From the IMG/VR virus record IMGVR_UViG_3300005825_000268, positions 1-45,446 of that record: a stretch of DNA of 45,446 bases, one strand, 5' to 3'. Shown here one piece after another: positions 1 to 9,295 of this stretch (positions are counted from its first letter, which is position 1; the number at the start of each line of letters is the position of its first letter). The DNA comes from a virus. Its lineage: Duplodnaviria; Caudoviricetes. A program made the position numbers and the translations under genes. The notes under the pieces were generated by a model. The model saw only the letters and a list, made by a program, of their open reading frames with translations. It was not told where the DNA came from and searched no databases.

Positions 1-540
1 AAATGTAATACTTGTCGGAATAGTCGGTGCTGGTCCAAACGTAATTGTCGTTGTAATCGTCGGTGCCGGTCCAAAGTTAATCGTCGTCGGAATTGTGGGT
101 GCCGGTCCAAATGTAATACTTGTCGGAATAGTCGGTGCTGGTCCAAACGTAATTGTCGTCGGAATCGTTGGTGCCGGTCCAAATGTAATACTTGTCGGAA
201 TAGTCGGTGCTGGTCCAAACGTAATTGTCGTTGTAATCGTCGGTGCTGGTCCAAATGTAATACTCGTTGGAATAGTCGGTGCTGGTCCAAACGTAATACT
301 TGTAGGAATAGTTGGCACAGGTCCAAACGTAATACTCGTTGGAATCGTTGGCACAGGCCCGAATTCAATCAATGTCGGGAAGGTTGGCACAGGCCCGAAT
401 TCAATCAATACCGGAAAACTTGGGAACGGTCCAAATTCAATCAATATTGGAAAACTTGGGAACGGTCCAAAATCAATTTGTATTGGAAAACTTGGGAACG
501 GTCCAAATGTTATAATTTCTGGAATAACTGGAACATCCAC
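1..540. repeat. 36-bp coding tandem repeat, about 15 units visible (FGPAPTIPTSIT)
   Basis: Units start at 1, 37, 73 ... 505. Units at 1, 109 and 181 are identical (aaatgtaatacttgtcggaatagtcggtgctggtcc). No spacers between units. Confidence 0.95.
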
Positions 541-1488
541 AAATGTAATGATAGATGGTATATCAATTGGTGGATCAAAGGTTATTACAGATGGTATTTC
601 TATGTTGCCAAGTGGCCCCAAATTTATACATGGCGTCACTAAAGGTGGCGGCTGTATAGTCAAAGATGGCAACGGCAAAGTTGGTATTACTACAGGTGGA
701 ATTTCTGGAAGGTCTGGAATTTTAATTTCCAGAATATTATCTTCTTCCTGTATTTTTGGTTCTGTAGATTCGCCTCTTTCAATGGGTGTTTGAACTATTG
801 TACATTTTTCAGTTGTAACCGTAACAACAGGATCGACTTTGGCACTAGGAGCATATCTATGAGTTCCTGTGGTGCTACTTGTAGTGGAAGTGCCATCTCC
901 AAAATCTAATTTGAATCCCGTGTAAGGACCATCTATTTGAATGTCAAATGTGGCCAAAATGCCAGTAGACGGATTATCTTCATCAACAGAGAAAAAGAAT
1001 GTAACATCAGGGCAAGTGAAATCATCAAAGATTACATCTAATCCTTGTAAGTTTCTAATTCTCCAATCTAAAGTTGCTTGTTCTATGGAGAAGTTTTCTC
1101 CAACAAAATCTTGAATTTTTATAATTGCATCAACAATTTGATTGTGGTGTTCGGCAATTACAAAACCACGAACTTCAGAACCAGCTTTATTAAACTTTGT
1201 TTGTTTATTGCCTAAGTTTCTAGCACACTTTTTGAGTTTATTGACTTTTCCATAAGCGTTTTTTTCCACAGAATCATAGTAGAAAAGCTCGCCTTCTATG
1301 TTGGCGAATCCATTATCTGCCCATATTTCGTTTTTATCAGGCGCAACCGCTTTGATGGGAATCTCTTCAGCCCACGGCGAATTATCAGCGGTAGTCACTG
1401 TTTCTGATGTGTTATACACCAAAAACAGTGTATATTCACTGTCGTAGTTTTTTGGATAAATCGGTATTGGGGGAAAGTTATTCGCCAT
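1..1488 (-). CDS. Virion fibre/baseplate-appendage protein with PKD-like domain and Pro/Thr-rich 12-aa repeats (3'-truncated by window edge)
   Basis: Missing from the ORF track because it runs off the window. ATG at 1488 (MANNFPPIPIYPKNYDSEYTLFLVY), open to base 1. Contains AEHHNQIVDAIIKIQDFVG shared with the two upstream genes, LDFGDG (PKD-like) and FGPAPTIPTSIT repeats. Confidence 0.85.
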   Translation of the reverse strand, partial: MANNFPPIPIYPKNYDSEYTLFLVYNTSETVTTADNSPWAEEIPIKAVAPDKNEIWADNGFANIEGELFYYDSVEKNAYGKVNKLKKCARNLGNKQTKFNKAGSEVRGFVIAEHHNQIVDAIIKIQDFVGENFSIEQATLDWRIRNLQGLDVIFDDFTCPDVTFFFSVDEDNPSTGILATFDIQIDGPYTGFKLDFGDGTSTTSSTTGTHRYAPSAKVDPVVTVTTEKCTIVQTPIERGESTEPKIQEEDNILEIKIPDLPEIPPVVIPTLPLPSLTIQPPPLVTPCINLGPLGNIEIPSVITFDPPIDIPSIITFVDVPVIPEIITFGPFPSFPIQIDFGPFPSFPILIEFGPFPSFPVLIEFGPVPTFPTLIEFGPVPTIPTSITFGPVPTIPTSITFGPAPTIPTSITFGPAPTITTTITFGPAPTIPTSITFGPAPTIPTTITFGPAPTIPTSITFGPAPTIPTTINFGPAPTITTTITFGPAPTIPTSITF

Positions 1489-1499
1489 CTAAACCTTCA

Positions 1500-3776
1500 T
1501 TAAAAAATAGTCATATTCCATTGATCTCCTACAGGACGGGATGTCACACTTGAGAAGGTTAGGTCTGTTTCATTAAATTTGATAAATGATTTTTCACTAT
1601 AATCAAAACTCAAATATACTACTTTATCCCCATCACTTGCGGCCAATAAGGTTTGTGATCCGTTATCAAACCCAACTTGTGTATTATCCTGTAGCAATCT
1701 AAATGCCGCAGAGTTAATGCCCGGCCCGCCTGTTTCCCATACCCCACTCGTTGGGTTGTATGCAGAAATTGCTCCCGAATTGTTGAAGAAATAAACTCCG
1801 TTACTTAGTGTAACAAGTTGACCTTCAACTTTTACGGGACCGGCCATATCTGGCAGCTTTCTAATATCTATAAAAGGATTGGCCGTATTTCCACTTGTTT
1901 TGTAAAAGGTCTTAATTCTAAAGAAGTCTCCAACGCCTTGATTTCTTAAAAAATATCCTTCACTATCTTTCCATGTTGATCTATAAACACTCATTTGCCC
2001 TTGCAAAGAATCTCCATCACCATCGAATGTTACTTCATTTTGCTTTAATTCTGAGGCACCATTTTTATAATTAGCATTTGTAAATGTACTACTGGAAACA
2101 GTAAGGCTATTTAATTCCAATTCATCTTTAACTTGGTTTGTTAAAGACGAATTGGCTGCTTGTGCTGGCCCTTCACCACCTAAAATAAAGTAGACTTTCA
2201 AAAAGTCTGTCATAGCTATCCAGTTCCAAGGTCTAGCTATGGGTGTTTGAGTTGTATATGTGTCAGAAAATCCATTAAATTCCGAGATCAATACGTTTTC
2301 ATTTAAGTACGAATCTACACTTGCTCTACCGCTTGCCCAATACAAGAGTCCTACGCCGCCATTTCCTGACCCGGCTGTGCCTCTTTGAGAGAATCCAACA
2401 TTTCTATTGAATTCTCGCAATTGTTGTTCCTCGTTATTTTCGCCAATCAAGAATGATTCATCTACATTTAATGTCATTAAGTTTGTAGATTTGGTTTTGA
2501 ATGCTTCGCTAATCAAACCAAATTCTGATACACTAACTTGGTTTGATCCATTATATCTCCACAACCAAAGATTATATTTTTCTACAACATCAATTGAATC
2601 TTCATATGTTGTTATCCTATAACTTCCATATTTTGTGTCTACTCTTAAAATTAAATCATATATTCCACCAATACTATATGAAGCTCTAGCTGTAGATGAA
2701 TTGCCATGTACAAGATCATCAGCTAGTGACCAAGTATAAGCAATAATTGGGTCAATGGGGCTTAATCCTCCATCAACTTCTTCTCCTGCATATGTACGAC
2801 CTGTTTCTGGGTTTATTCCAGATGCAATTTCCATGTCTAACAGCAAAGTTGATGAAGTTCTAATTTTTGGTGGAGTTACATATGATCCATCTGTATCCCC
2901 ACCAATGGGATCGCCCGCTGTTAAAATTTGTCCTGATCTTGGAACAAAATCTATCAACGCTGGTTGAGGGGCTTCAACTCTAGCGTTAATGTATTCTGGA
3001 AATATTACTGTATCTTCGCCAAAATCGTTTCTTACAGTGAGCTTTACATCAAAATTTCCCGGCGTTGTATAAATTTTTTCTATTGTTCCGCCATCTAAGT
3101 CTTGAACAATAACATCTGATTGATTTATAGGTCCATCAGTTGTGCTAATCAAAACAATAGATGGTCCTGTGTTGTCTCCAAAATCCCAAATATAACTAAT
3201 TACTCCTGTATTTCCATCGGTTCCTAATCTGAAACTTAAATCTCTAAATTCAATTGTCAAAGGAACTAAGCCTATGCTTTTATCCGCAGCAAACCACGCT
3301 TTTGGCACAAGCACTATTTTTCTTAAATAGTTTATTCTTTCTTCTAGTGTGCCTTCAAGTGGTTTCGTTCCAACTTCGCCTTTTCTTCCTGCAAATTGCT
3401 CTATAGCAATTACTGCATCTACGAGATTGTTGTGATGCCCAGCAACTACATTTTGGGTTACATTTGTAATATCTTTTGGTTTTGGATTGTCTACAAATCC
3501 ATCTAATAATTCTAATCCATCAAATGAAACGTCTGTATGACTTCCATAGTAAAAAGATAAAGCCCTTAACTCAGCATCACTACATTGTTCTGTTAAAGTT
3601 ATAATTCCTGTTGTGGGAAATCTGCTAATTGTTTCTGTGTCACCATATACAAAAATAGACGTATCGCCCGGCAAATAATCTCTTAAAAGGCGAACCCTAA
3701 GACTATCATGAACCAAAAACATATTGTCATCGGTGTCTATTTGTGTTGGGAAATTACTTGCTACTGGTATAGTCAT
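1500..3776 (-). CDS. PKD-domain virion structural protein (fibre/receptor-binding candidate), 758 aa
   Basis: YIWDFGD...YTTPGNFDVKLTV PKD motif, shared N-terminal AGHHNNLVDAVIAIEQFAG motif, beta-rich C-terminus, lies in tail operon. Confidence 0.75.
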   Translation of the reverse strand: MTIPVASNFPTQIDTDDNMFLVHDSLRVRLLRDYLPGDTSIFVYGDTETISRFPTTGIITLTEQCSDAELRALSFYYGSHTDVSFDGLELLDGFVDNPKPKDITNVTQNVVAGHHNNLVDAVIAIEQFAGRKGEVGTKPLEGTLEERINYLRKIVLVPKAWFAADKSIGLVPLTIEFRDLSFRLGTDGNTGVISYIWDFGDNTGPSIVLISTTDGPINQSDVIVQDLDGGTIEKIYTTPGNFDVKLTVRNDFGEDTVIFPEYINARVEAPQPALIDFVPRSGQILTAGDPIGGDTDGSYVTPPKIRTSSTLLLDMEIASGINPETGRTYAGEEVDGGLSPIDPIIAYTWSLADDLVHGNSSTARASYSIGGIYDLILRVDTKYGSYRITTYEDSIDVVEKYNLWLWRYNGSNQVSVSEFGLISEAFKTKSTNLMTLNVDESFLIGENNEEQQLREFNRNVGFSQRGTAGSGNGGVGLLYWASGRASVDSYLNENVLISEFNGFSDTYTTQTPIARPWNWIAMTDFLKVYFILGGEGPAQAANSSLTNQVKDELELNSLTVSSSTFTNANYKNGASELKQNEVTFDGDGDSLQGQMSVYRSTWKDSEGYFLRNQGVGDFFRIKTFYKTSGNTANPFIDIRKLPDMAGPVKVEGQLVTLSNGVYFFNNSGAISAYNPTSGVWETGGPGINSAAFRLLQDNTQVGFDNGSQTLLAASDGDKVVYLSFDYSEKSFIKFNETDLTFSSVTSRPVGDQWNMTIF

Positions 3777-4823
3777 TTACATCACCACTATTTCGTTTTT
3801 TAAGAAAGCTCTTTTTAGATTTTGGTTTTCAAACAAAATCAATAAAGATGGAACATATGTGCCGGGTTTATCATAAATGTATTTTGTTGTGTGAATATTT
3901 GGATCAAATTGTGGATAGCTTGTTCCATCTATTACTTCTCCATCTACTGTGCCGGGTCCGTCAAAAATCCAATATCTTTGTGTAATATCACCATCAGTTT
4001 GATCTACAAATACAAATTCGGTTGGCTCAATAGCCAAAAGCTCGGCAGTTTCTTTAGAGTATCCTTGATGGGGAAGCACATAGAAAAATGGTGTTTTTGT
4101 TTCTTCACTTACAGTAATATAATTTTTTTTACTTGTTATTCCTTGTGCCCCTAAAGACGTAATGACATTTAATTGAACACTATAAATTCCTTCAGCTTGA
4201 TAGGTGTGAATAGGGCTTTTTTCAACAGAGGTTGTGCCGTCTCCAAAATCCCACAAATATCTAACTAAAGGACCAGTGCTAAAGTTTTGGAATCTAACTT
4301 GCAGTGGTGGTGGTCCTTCTAGTCGATGGGCACGAAAAATTGCTTTAGGAGCTAGAAATCTATTTTCTTGTGTTTTTAAGATTCCATTTAAAGACTCTTC
4401 GGTAGGATTTTCTTCTTCACCTAAGTTTCTTTCTATTTGAATAACAGCATCTTTGGTGGCGTTGTGATGTTCTGCCATGACAGCGTTGGCCACCCAGCTT
4501 CCAACTGGCCACGGGTTTTGTCTTGATCCAGCAAATCCACGAATTAAATTTCTGAATATATTGTTGGTTTTAGAACCATAATACACTAATTCAGCCGCAC
4601 CTTGTTTGCCTGCGGGTGGACCCACACGCAATAAGCCTTTACTTGGGAAGCCAGAATTGTCATCAACAATAATGTATTTTCCGTTATAAGATAGCGTTTG
4701 CTTTAATTGGGTTTCTGCATTATTTTTGGCCTCATATAAAGTTTCTTTATTATCTTTGGCTTCGGGATATACAGACAAATCCCCTGTGGTATATCCAATA
4801 TCTAAAGATGAGTTTCTAGCCAT
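3777..4823 (-). CDS. Tandem PKD-domain virion structural protein, 348 aa
   Basis: PPLQVRFQNFS..YLWDFGDGTTSVEKSPIHTYQAEGIYSVQL is a canonical PKD motif. A second PKD-like unit follows. Shares AEHHNATKDAVIQIE motif. Confidence 0.85.
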   Translation of the reverse strand: MARNSSLDIGYTTGDLSVYPEAKDNKETLYEAKNNAETQLKQTLSYNGKYIIVDDNSGFPSKGLLRVGPPAGKQGAAELVYYGSKTNNIFRNLIRGFAGSRQNPWPVGSWVANAVMAEHHNATKDAVIQIERNLGEEENPTEESLNGILKTQENRFLAPKAIFRAHRLEGPPPLQVRFQNFSTGPLVRYLWDFGDGTTSVEKSPIHTYQAEGIYSVQLNVITSLGAQGITSKKNYITVSEETKTPFFYVLPHQGYSKETAELLAIEPTEFVFVDQTDGDITQRYWIFDGPGTVDGEVIDGTSYPQFDPNIHTTKYIYDKPGTYVPSLLILFENQNLKRAFLKNEIVVM

Positions 4824-5505
4824 TTTGCTCCTTGTTTTTACTTTCCAGCATCAATTGAATTTTTTGATGTCGATCTTCCAAAGATTTTACTGTTTGTTCT
4901 TTTACAGGAATTCTGTCTGGAAGGGCCAAAATCGTTTCAATTAACTCTGTATCTACATTTCCTTGCGTCATCATTTTCAAATTCATTTTGTTTTGCAGCT
5001 TTTCTCCCCAATATTCGCATTGGGCGTCTATATCATCAAATGGTTTAAGCGGTTCAATTTCGACCAAACCTTTAAATGATTCAACAAAAAAATGAGATTC
5101 TTCTTCTAGTGCCTTTTTCTTTTCTTGCAATTTTTGCAAGTTTCTAAAAGCAGCTATTTTTTTTCTTCCCAATTTCCTTAATTGAATTTCCAACTCTCTT
5201 TTTGTGGCCTCTTCGTTTTCTTCGTAATTTTCGATCTTTTTGCCCAATTTATCTATCTTGATATTTATCAGTTCAAGATTATCTTTTCCTTCGTCATATT
5301 CCAGAACCAGAGCTTCTAGCGATTCAAATCTGGTTTTTATTTCTCTTAGGCATTGCCACATTTTGGCTTGTGTGGTAGGTTCTTTATTAACGATGAAATA
5401 TTTCAGTTGAAAATAACTGTGTCTTTCAATCACGTTGTTTTTTAAGAGTTCTGCCATTTGTCCAATGAGACTTGGGGCAATTTCTTTACTTTTATCTATT
5501 GACAT
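4816..5505 (-). CDS. Coiled-coil hypothetical protein (possible fibre assembly factor)
   Basis: GGAG RBS precedes ATG at 5505 (MSIDKSKE). Long heptad-rich segment. Overlaps the start of the PKD gene, suggesting coupling. Function is inferred from position only. Confidence 0.65.
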   Translation of the reverse strand: MSIDKSKEIAPSLIGQMAELLKNNVIERHSYFQLKYFIVNKEPTTQAKMWQCLREIKTRFESLEALVLEYDEGKDNLELINIKIDKLGKKIENYEENEEATKRELEIQLRKLGRKKIAAFRNLQKLQEKKKALEEESHFFVESFKGLVEIEPLKPFDDIDAQCEYWGEKLQNKMNLKMMTQGNVDTELIETILALPDRIPVKEQTVKSLEDRHQKIQLMLESKNKEQNG

Positions 5506-5562
5506 AGCTGCTCCTTTATGCTTTACTAACAGAGTATTTTCTTTACAAAACGGAGTCAATTT

Positions 5563-6168
5563 ATGGGCAAGTTAGATTTAGCGTTGGGTTATTTGTCTGG
5601 CCCAATGGAATACGTTGCAGATCATGGCGTTGAATGGCGTCGTAAATTCACACGGTTAATCTACGAGGCCAATCTGGACATTGATCTTATTGACCCCACA
5701 AATAAGCCGGGTGACGATCAAAAGATTGGTGAGGATAAAGGCTACCAAACCAAATTGAAGGTAGAAAAGCGCTGGAAAGAGCTTGCTGAGTATGTTGGAG
5801 AATATCGAAGATATGATCTTCGATATGTTGACTACTGTGACTTTTTAGTTGTGGTTGTTGATCCTAGAGTTCCACAATGGGGCACCAGCAACGAAGTTTA
5901 TTTTGGTGAAATGCAACACAAGCCCACCTTTTTTGTTTGTGATGGTGGGCTTGCGAATTTGCCAAATTGGTTATTTGATTTATTGGATTTTGAGAACGAT
6001 CAACCAATTAACGTCTTTGAAAGCGTTGAAGAAGTTGTTGCTTTATTGAAAAAGCTCGATAGTGGCGAAAAACAACTATCCAAAGAGTGGGTTCTTGTTC
6101 GGAAACATATAGAACAAAACCGAAGAGATAGGTTGGCTTTGGCTAACAGAGTTTCGCACCCAAAATAG
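5563..6168 (+). CDS. Nucleoside 2-deoxyribosyltransferase-like (NDT/MilB/RCL fold) protein
   Basis: YLSGPM N-terminal strand, DLRYVDYCDFLVV and GTSNE (catalytic Glu) motifs. GGAG RBS. Confidence 0.75.
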   Translation: MGKLDLALGYLSGPMEYVADHGVEWRRKFTRLIYEANLDIDLIDPTNKPGDDQKIGEDKGYQTKLKVEKRWKELAEYVGEYRRYDLRYVDYCDFLVVVVDPRVPQWGTSNEVYFGEMQHKPTFFVCDGGLANLPNWLFDLLDFENDQPINVFESVEEVVALLKKLDSGEKQLSKEWVLVRKHIEQNRRDRLALANRVSHPK

Positions 6169-6670
6169 CCTTGAATTTATATCCTTTTTCTGTGGCGTCT
6201 AAAGCCCACATAAGTTTACAAATTTCAAAAGGGCCAATTTCGGCCATATTACCGACTTCTTTGAAGCAATTTTTGTGGATCAAAAGTCCATTGATTGTTG
6301 CTTCAACGAAGTCGTATTTTTTTTCTACAATTGGGAAAAGAATATCTTTTTCGCTTTCGATAAACATTGAAAATTTATGATCTAATTTATGTCTAACAAA
6401 AGTTCCAGCAATTACAAAGAAATTCCAATCAGCGGGCGCACGCTTCATTCCTGCATTCATTAAAGATGTGTAGGTTTGTTGCCCTTTATATGTTGGACAC
6501 AATAAATTCATTTCTTTTAAAGATTCAGCTTTTACCGATTTTTCTGTAATGGATACTATCGGCACATCAAACTTACTTTTTATCGAATTGATTGTGCTTT
6601 TTAATAGAGATGGATTTGACTCTGGATTGAGAATTATAAATCCAAAATTGAGGTTTTTGGCCGTGTACAA
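6143..6670 (-). CDS. Degenerate GT-A/GT2-like protein
   Basis: II...LLKSTINSI, MNAGMKRAPADWNFF and GLLIHKNCFKEVG resemble GT2 motifs. No DxD. TTG start. Confidence 0.5.
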   Translation of the reverse strand: MYTAKNLNFGFIILNPESNPSLLKSTINSIKSKFDVPIVSITEKSVKAESLKEMNLLCPTYKGQQTYTSLMNAGMKRAPADWNFFVIAGTFVRHKLDHKFSMFIESEKDILFPIVEKKYDFVEATINGLLIHKNCFKEVGNMAEIGPFEICKLMWALDATEKGYKFKAILGAKLC

Positions 6671-6681
6671 ATTTTTCTCGC

Positions 6682-7533
6682 TTATGAGAGAGCTATATCA
6701 AAATCTATTCTGATTATATCATCAGAAGTTATTGCAGCGTATAACTCGAATGTTCCTGCTGTGTGGTCAGGCGTGAAACTGTTTAAGGACCAATCTTCGG
6801 TCATTACGTCGCCGGGCACATATACTTGATTATCTGTTGTTAATTTGACCCCATTGATGTATACCCTTAAACTACCTTCAACATAAGGGGTATTAACAGA
6901 GGTTACTTTGAAACTAATATAATCAGTTGTAATAGGCTCTAAATCATAGTAGTGTCTATGAGCAAAATCAATTGGGATTGTCAATACAGGTTTAAGAGTC
7001 ACCGCTGTAGAGGGCAATACAGGGGCTGTAACGTCCCAAGAGATGCCTTCTGAGGCAGCTAGGGTAATTGGACCCTGTTCAATAACTAACGTATTTGAGG
7101 GCGTTTCTACTTCAAATGTGATGTTGGTAGCTTCATCGGCAATTAAAGTTAATTTTGCCCGCTCTGCATCGAGCATTCGCACAAAAGGAACAGGATTTAC
7201 TACGTCTGGATAACCTAAAGTATCATTGTAATAATCAAGTTCAGATGTATCGACTGTTTTGCTTCCATCGCTATGTTCGGCAATGTTGTGTACGGCTTCA
7301 TCTATAGCTGAAGACTTCAAGGAACCATCTTGGTTTATAGATTGATTTAGACGATTATCTAAAGTTCCCTGATTGCCAGAAGAGTCCCTTAATATCTTAG
7401 CATGATTTTCCAGTTCCCCATTTATTAGTTCATCACGCAATGCCAACACATCAATGGGAATATTGTCATATTCCCAATGATATGGGTGTAATGGATCATA
7501 TTTTGGAACAGGAAGTTTTGTTAGATCAGGCAT
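6682..7533 (-). CDS. Virion structural/tail protein, 283 aa
   Basis: Acidic and beta-rich, with C-terminal GSLRVYINGVKL...DDIIRIDF typical of phage tail-associated domains. Lies in tail operon. Confidence 0.6.
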   Translation of the reverse strand: MPDLTKLPVPKYDPLHPYHWEYDNIPIDVLALRDELINGELENHAKILRDSSGNQGTLDNRLNQSINQDGSLKSSAIDEAVHNIAEHSDGSKTVDTSELDYYNDTLGYPDVVNPVPFVRMLDAERAKLTLIADEATNITFEVETPSNTLVIEQGPITLAASEGISWDVTAPVLPSTAVTLKPVLTIPIDFAHRHYYDLEPITTDYISFKVTSVNTPYVEGSLRVYINGVKLTTDNQVYVPGDVMTEDWSLNSFTPDHTAGTFELYAAITSDDIIRIDFDIALS

Positions 7534-7727
7534 TAACCCTCTTTTTGGCCGTAATTGGTTTTGCGATCTTGATCTTTAACTACAGAACGACGCTTTCTAG
7601 TGTCGCCAGAATAAGTCGCTTTATTTGTTTTGCTGAAACGTGGGTTGCCTCCAACGTATCCAGATTTCCCATGATTTTGATCGTTGGTGTGCTTGTCACG
7701 CCACTCGTTGAATGATATTAGTGCCAT
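7533..7727 (-). CDS. Small basic protein with capsid-targeting-like N-terminus
   Basis: MALISFNEWRDK start, Lys/Arg-rich. Stop overlaps next ATG. AT-rich late-promoter-like motif just upstream. Confidence 0.6.
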   Translation of the reverse strand: MALISFNEWRDKHTNDQNHGKSGYVGGNPRFSKTNKATYSGDTRKRRSVVKDQDRKTNYGQKEG

Positions 7728-7750
7728 AATGATTTATATACGGCCACTGA

Positions 7751-8026
7751 TTACAAATCTAATTCCCAACCTTTTTCTACTTCGGGAGCATCATATGGAC
7801 CCAAATCCAAAGAGTTGTATGTTTCTGTATTCCAAGGTGGCAATTCAGTTGTTAATGGCGGCAAAGCAAAATCGCTTATAATCACTTGTTCCGAACAAAT
7901 TGTGTCACTTAAACTTAGCTTTATTTGTTCGCCAAGATAATTTTCAAAATTCCAAACAGAAACATATATTGTCTTGAAATGTTCTGTTTCTTCTCGTCTC
8001 TTTTTTCGATCTAGCCAGTAATTCAT
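7751..8026 (-). CDS. Hypothetical protein, 91 aa
   Basis: ATGA overlap with the SET gene; fills the gap in the operon. Confidence 0.6.
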   Translation of the reverse strand: MNYWLDRKKRREETEHFKTIYVSVWNFENYLGEQIKLSLSDTICSEQVIISDFALPPLTTELPPWNTETYNSLDLGPYDAPEVEKGWELDL

Positions 8027-8559
8027 CTAATTAAGTCTCCTAAATTATAAAGGTCATGTTCAAGGAATGTTTCCCAATCCTTTTTAGATAGAGAAACATT
8101 TTCGTGAGTTTTATTTACCCATTTTAAAACTTTCTCCCAGCCTTCGCCGTAGTGTCCTAAAATTTCTTGATCTTTTGCAACGTCTTTTGTAAACCAATAA
8201 ACAGCCTTGTCCGCATGAAGACTTTTTTTAACGTATTCATCTCCAAGGTATCTTATTTCTACATTTTGCTTTTTTCTATCTTCTGTATGATTAACAATGC
8301 CTGCATAGCCGAGCGGGACAATCAAAAATGGCCCTATATCTATCAAATCGCCATTTCTTTTCACATCGGCAGCGAACTTGTATGCGTTCGCATAATACGA
8401 ACACTCATCGGCAACAGAATCTCTTGGAACTAAAACGCCTGTAATTTCTAACCAAGTATTTTTCTTAATTGGTTGTTTTGCGTAAAGTCCCTTGCCTGCT
8501 CTGTTTACGCTTGATTCTTTAATGTAAAAACGATCATCTGTCTCTTCAAAGATCAGCAT
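8023..8559 (-). CDS. SET-domain protein (putative protein-lysine methyltransferase)
   Basis: GKGLYAKQPIKK (motif I), GIVNH (RFINH-equivalent), DVAKDQEILGHYG (EL..DY-equivalent with Tyr). Confidence 0.88.
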   Translation of the reverse strand: MLIFEETDDRFYIKESSVNRAGKGLYAKQPIKKNTWLEITGVLVPRDSVADECSYYANAYKFAADVKRNGDLIDIGPFLIVPLGYAGIVNHTEDRKKQNVEIRYLGDEYVKKSLHADKAVYWFTKDVAKDQEILGHYGEGWEKVLKWVNKTHENVSLSKKDWETFLEHDLYNLGDLIR

Positions 8560-8825
8560 TCTACATATCCTTTTTCTATGGATTCGTTTATTTCGTCTAA
8601 AGACATAGTTTTTCCAATGAAATCACTAAAGCATTCGCAAAAATGACCTAACACAGAAAGCGTAACACTTTCTGTTAATTCATTGTGTTCTGCAATTACT
8701 TTTCTAGCCTGATCTAATGAAGCTGGGTCCATTCCCCAATCAAATATTTCTCCATCGACAACAAGTACGTTAATTGTCTTGTTAAACTCTTCACTATGGC
8801 CAGATACAATTTCAATTTTTTTCAT
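8553..8825 (-). CDS. Hypothetical protein
   Basis: ATG at 8825 (MKKIEIV) forms an ATGA overlap with the upstream stop; its 3' end overlaps the SET gene start. Confidence 0.65.
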   Translation of the reverse strand: MKKIEIVSGHSEEFNKTINVLVVDGEIFDWGMDPASLDQARKVIAEHNELTESVTLSVLGHFCECFSDFIGKTMSLDEINESIEKGYVEC

Positions 8826-9295
8826 ACGAATGAAATTCTCCAATTCCAAGTTATTTGCATTTGATCTGTTTTGTTTAAGTCTAGGAAAGTGGCCATGCTA
8901 TAAAGATCGCCATTTGCCATTTGTAATGCCATTTCATTTAAAGCATAACCATTGGCATCATTGAATCCTAAAACAGCAGTAAAAACAACTTGACTAGGAA
9001 TATTGGGGTCAACTTGAGAAATTACAGACTTACTTGCACGAGTAATGCCAAACAAGCCGTTTCTAGTTGTGTCCACATACTTAACCGAGCCACCAGCCGT
9101 TCCACCATCTCCAAATAACATTCGATTTACATAAAATTGATATGTATCTCCTAGATCATTGGCTAAGCTCTTGGCTAACGCTTCTCGACCTTTACGGAGA
9201 ATGGTATTTTTAAATTCTATGTTTTCTTTTTTTCCATCCTTGTATTCAATATTGACGGTTACATATCCATGTACTCCCATTTCTTCTTTAATCAT
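8822..9295 (-). CDS. Baseplate/tail-collar fibre attachment protein
   Basis: NTILRKGREALA..FGDGG..LNEMAL..LNKT..ITWNWRI resembles the tail-collar fibre N-terminal domain. Follows the wedge genes. Confidence 0.65.
   Translation of the reverse strand: MIKEEMGVHGYVTVNIEYKDGKKENIEFKNTILRKGREALAKSLANDLGDTYQFYVNRMLFGDGGTAGGSVKYVDTTRNGLFGITRASKSVISQVDPNIPSQVVFTAVLGFNDANGYALNEMALQMANGDLYSMATFLDLNKTDQMQITWNWRISFV

Noticed and set aside
1-540. 36-bp repeats as a CRISPR array
   Set aside because: Units are contiguous with no unique spacers, vary mainly at codon level, and lie in a reading frame.
95-793. 232-aa plus-strand ORF with GAGPNVILVGIV repeats
   Set aside because: It is the antisense shadow of the real minus-strand gene starting at 1488, which shares motifs with its neighbours and continues the operon.
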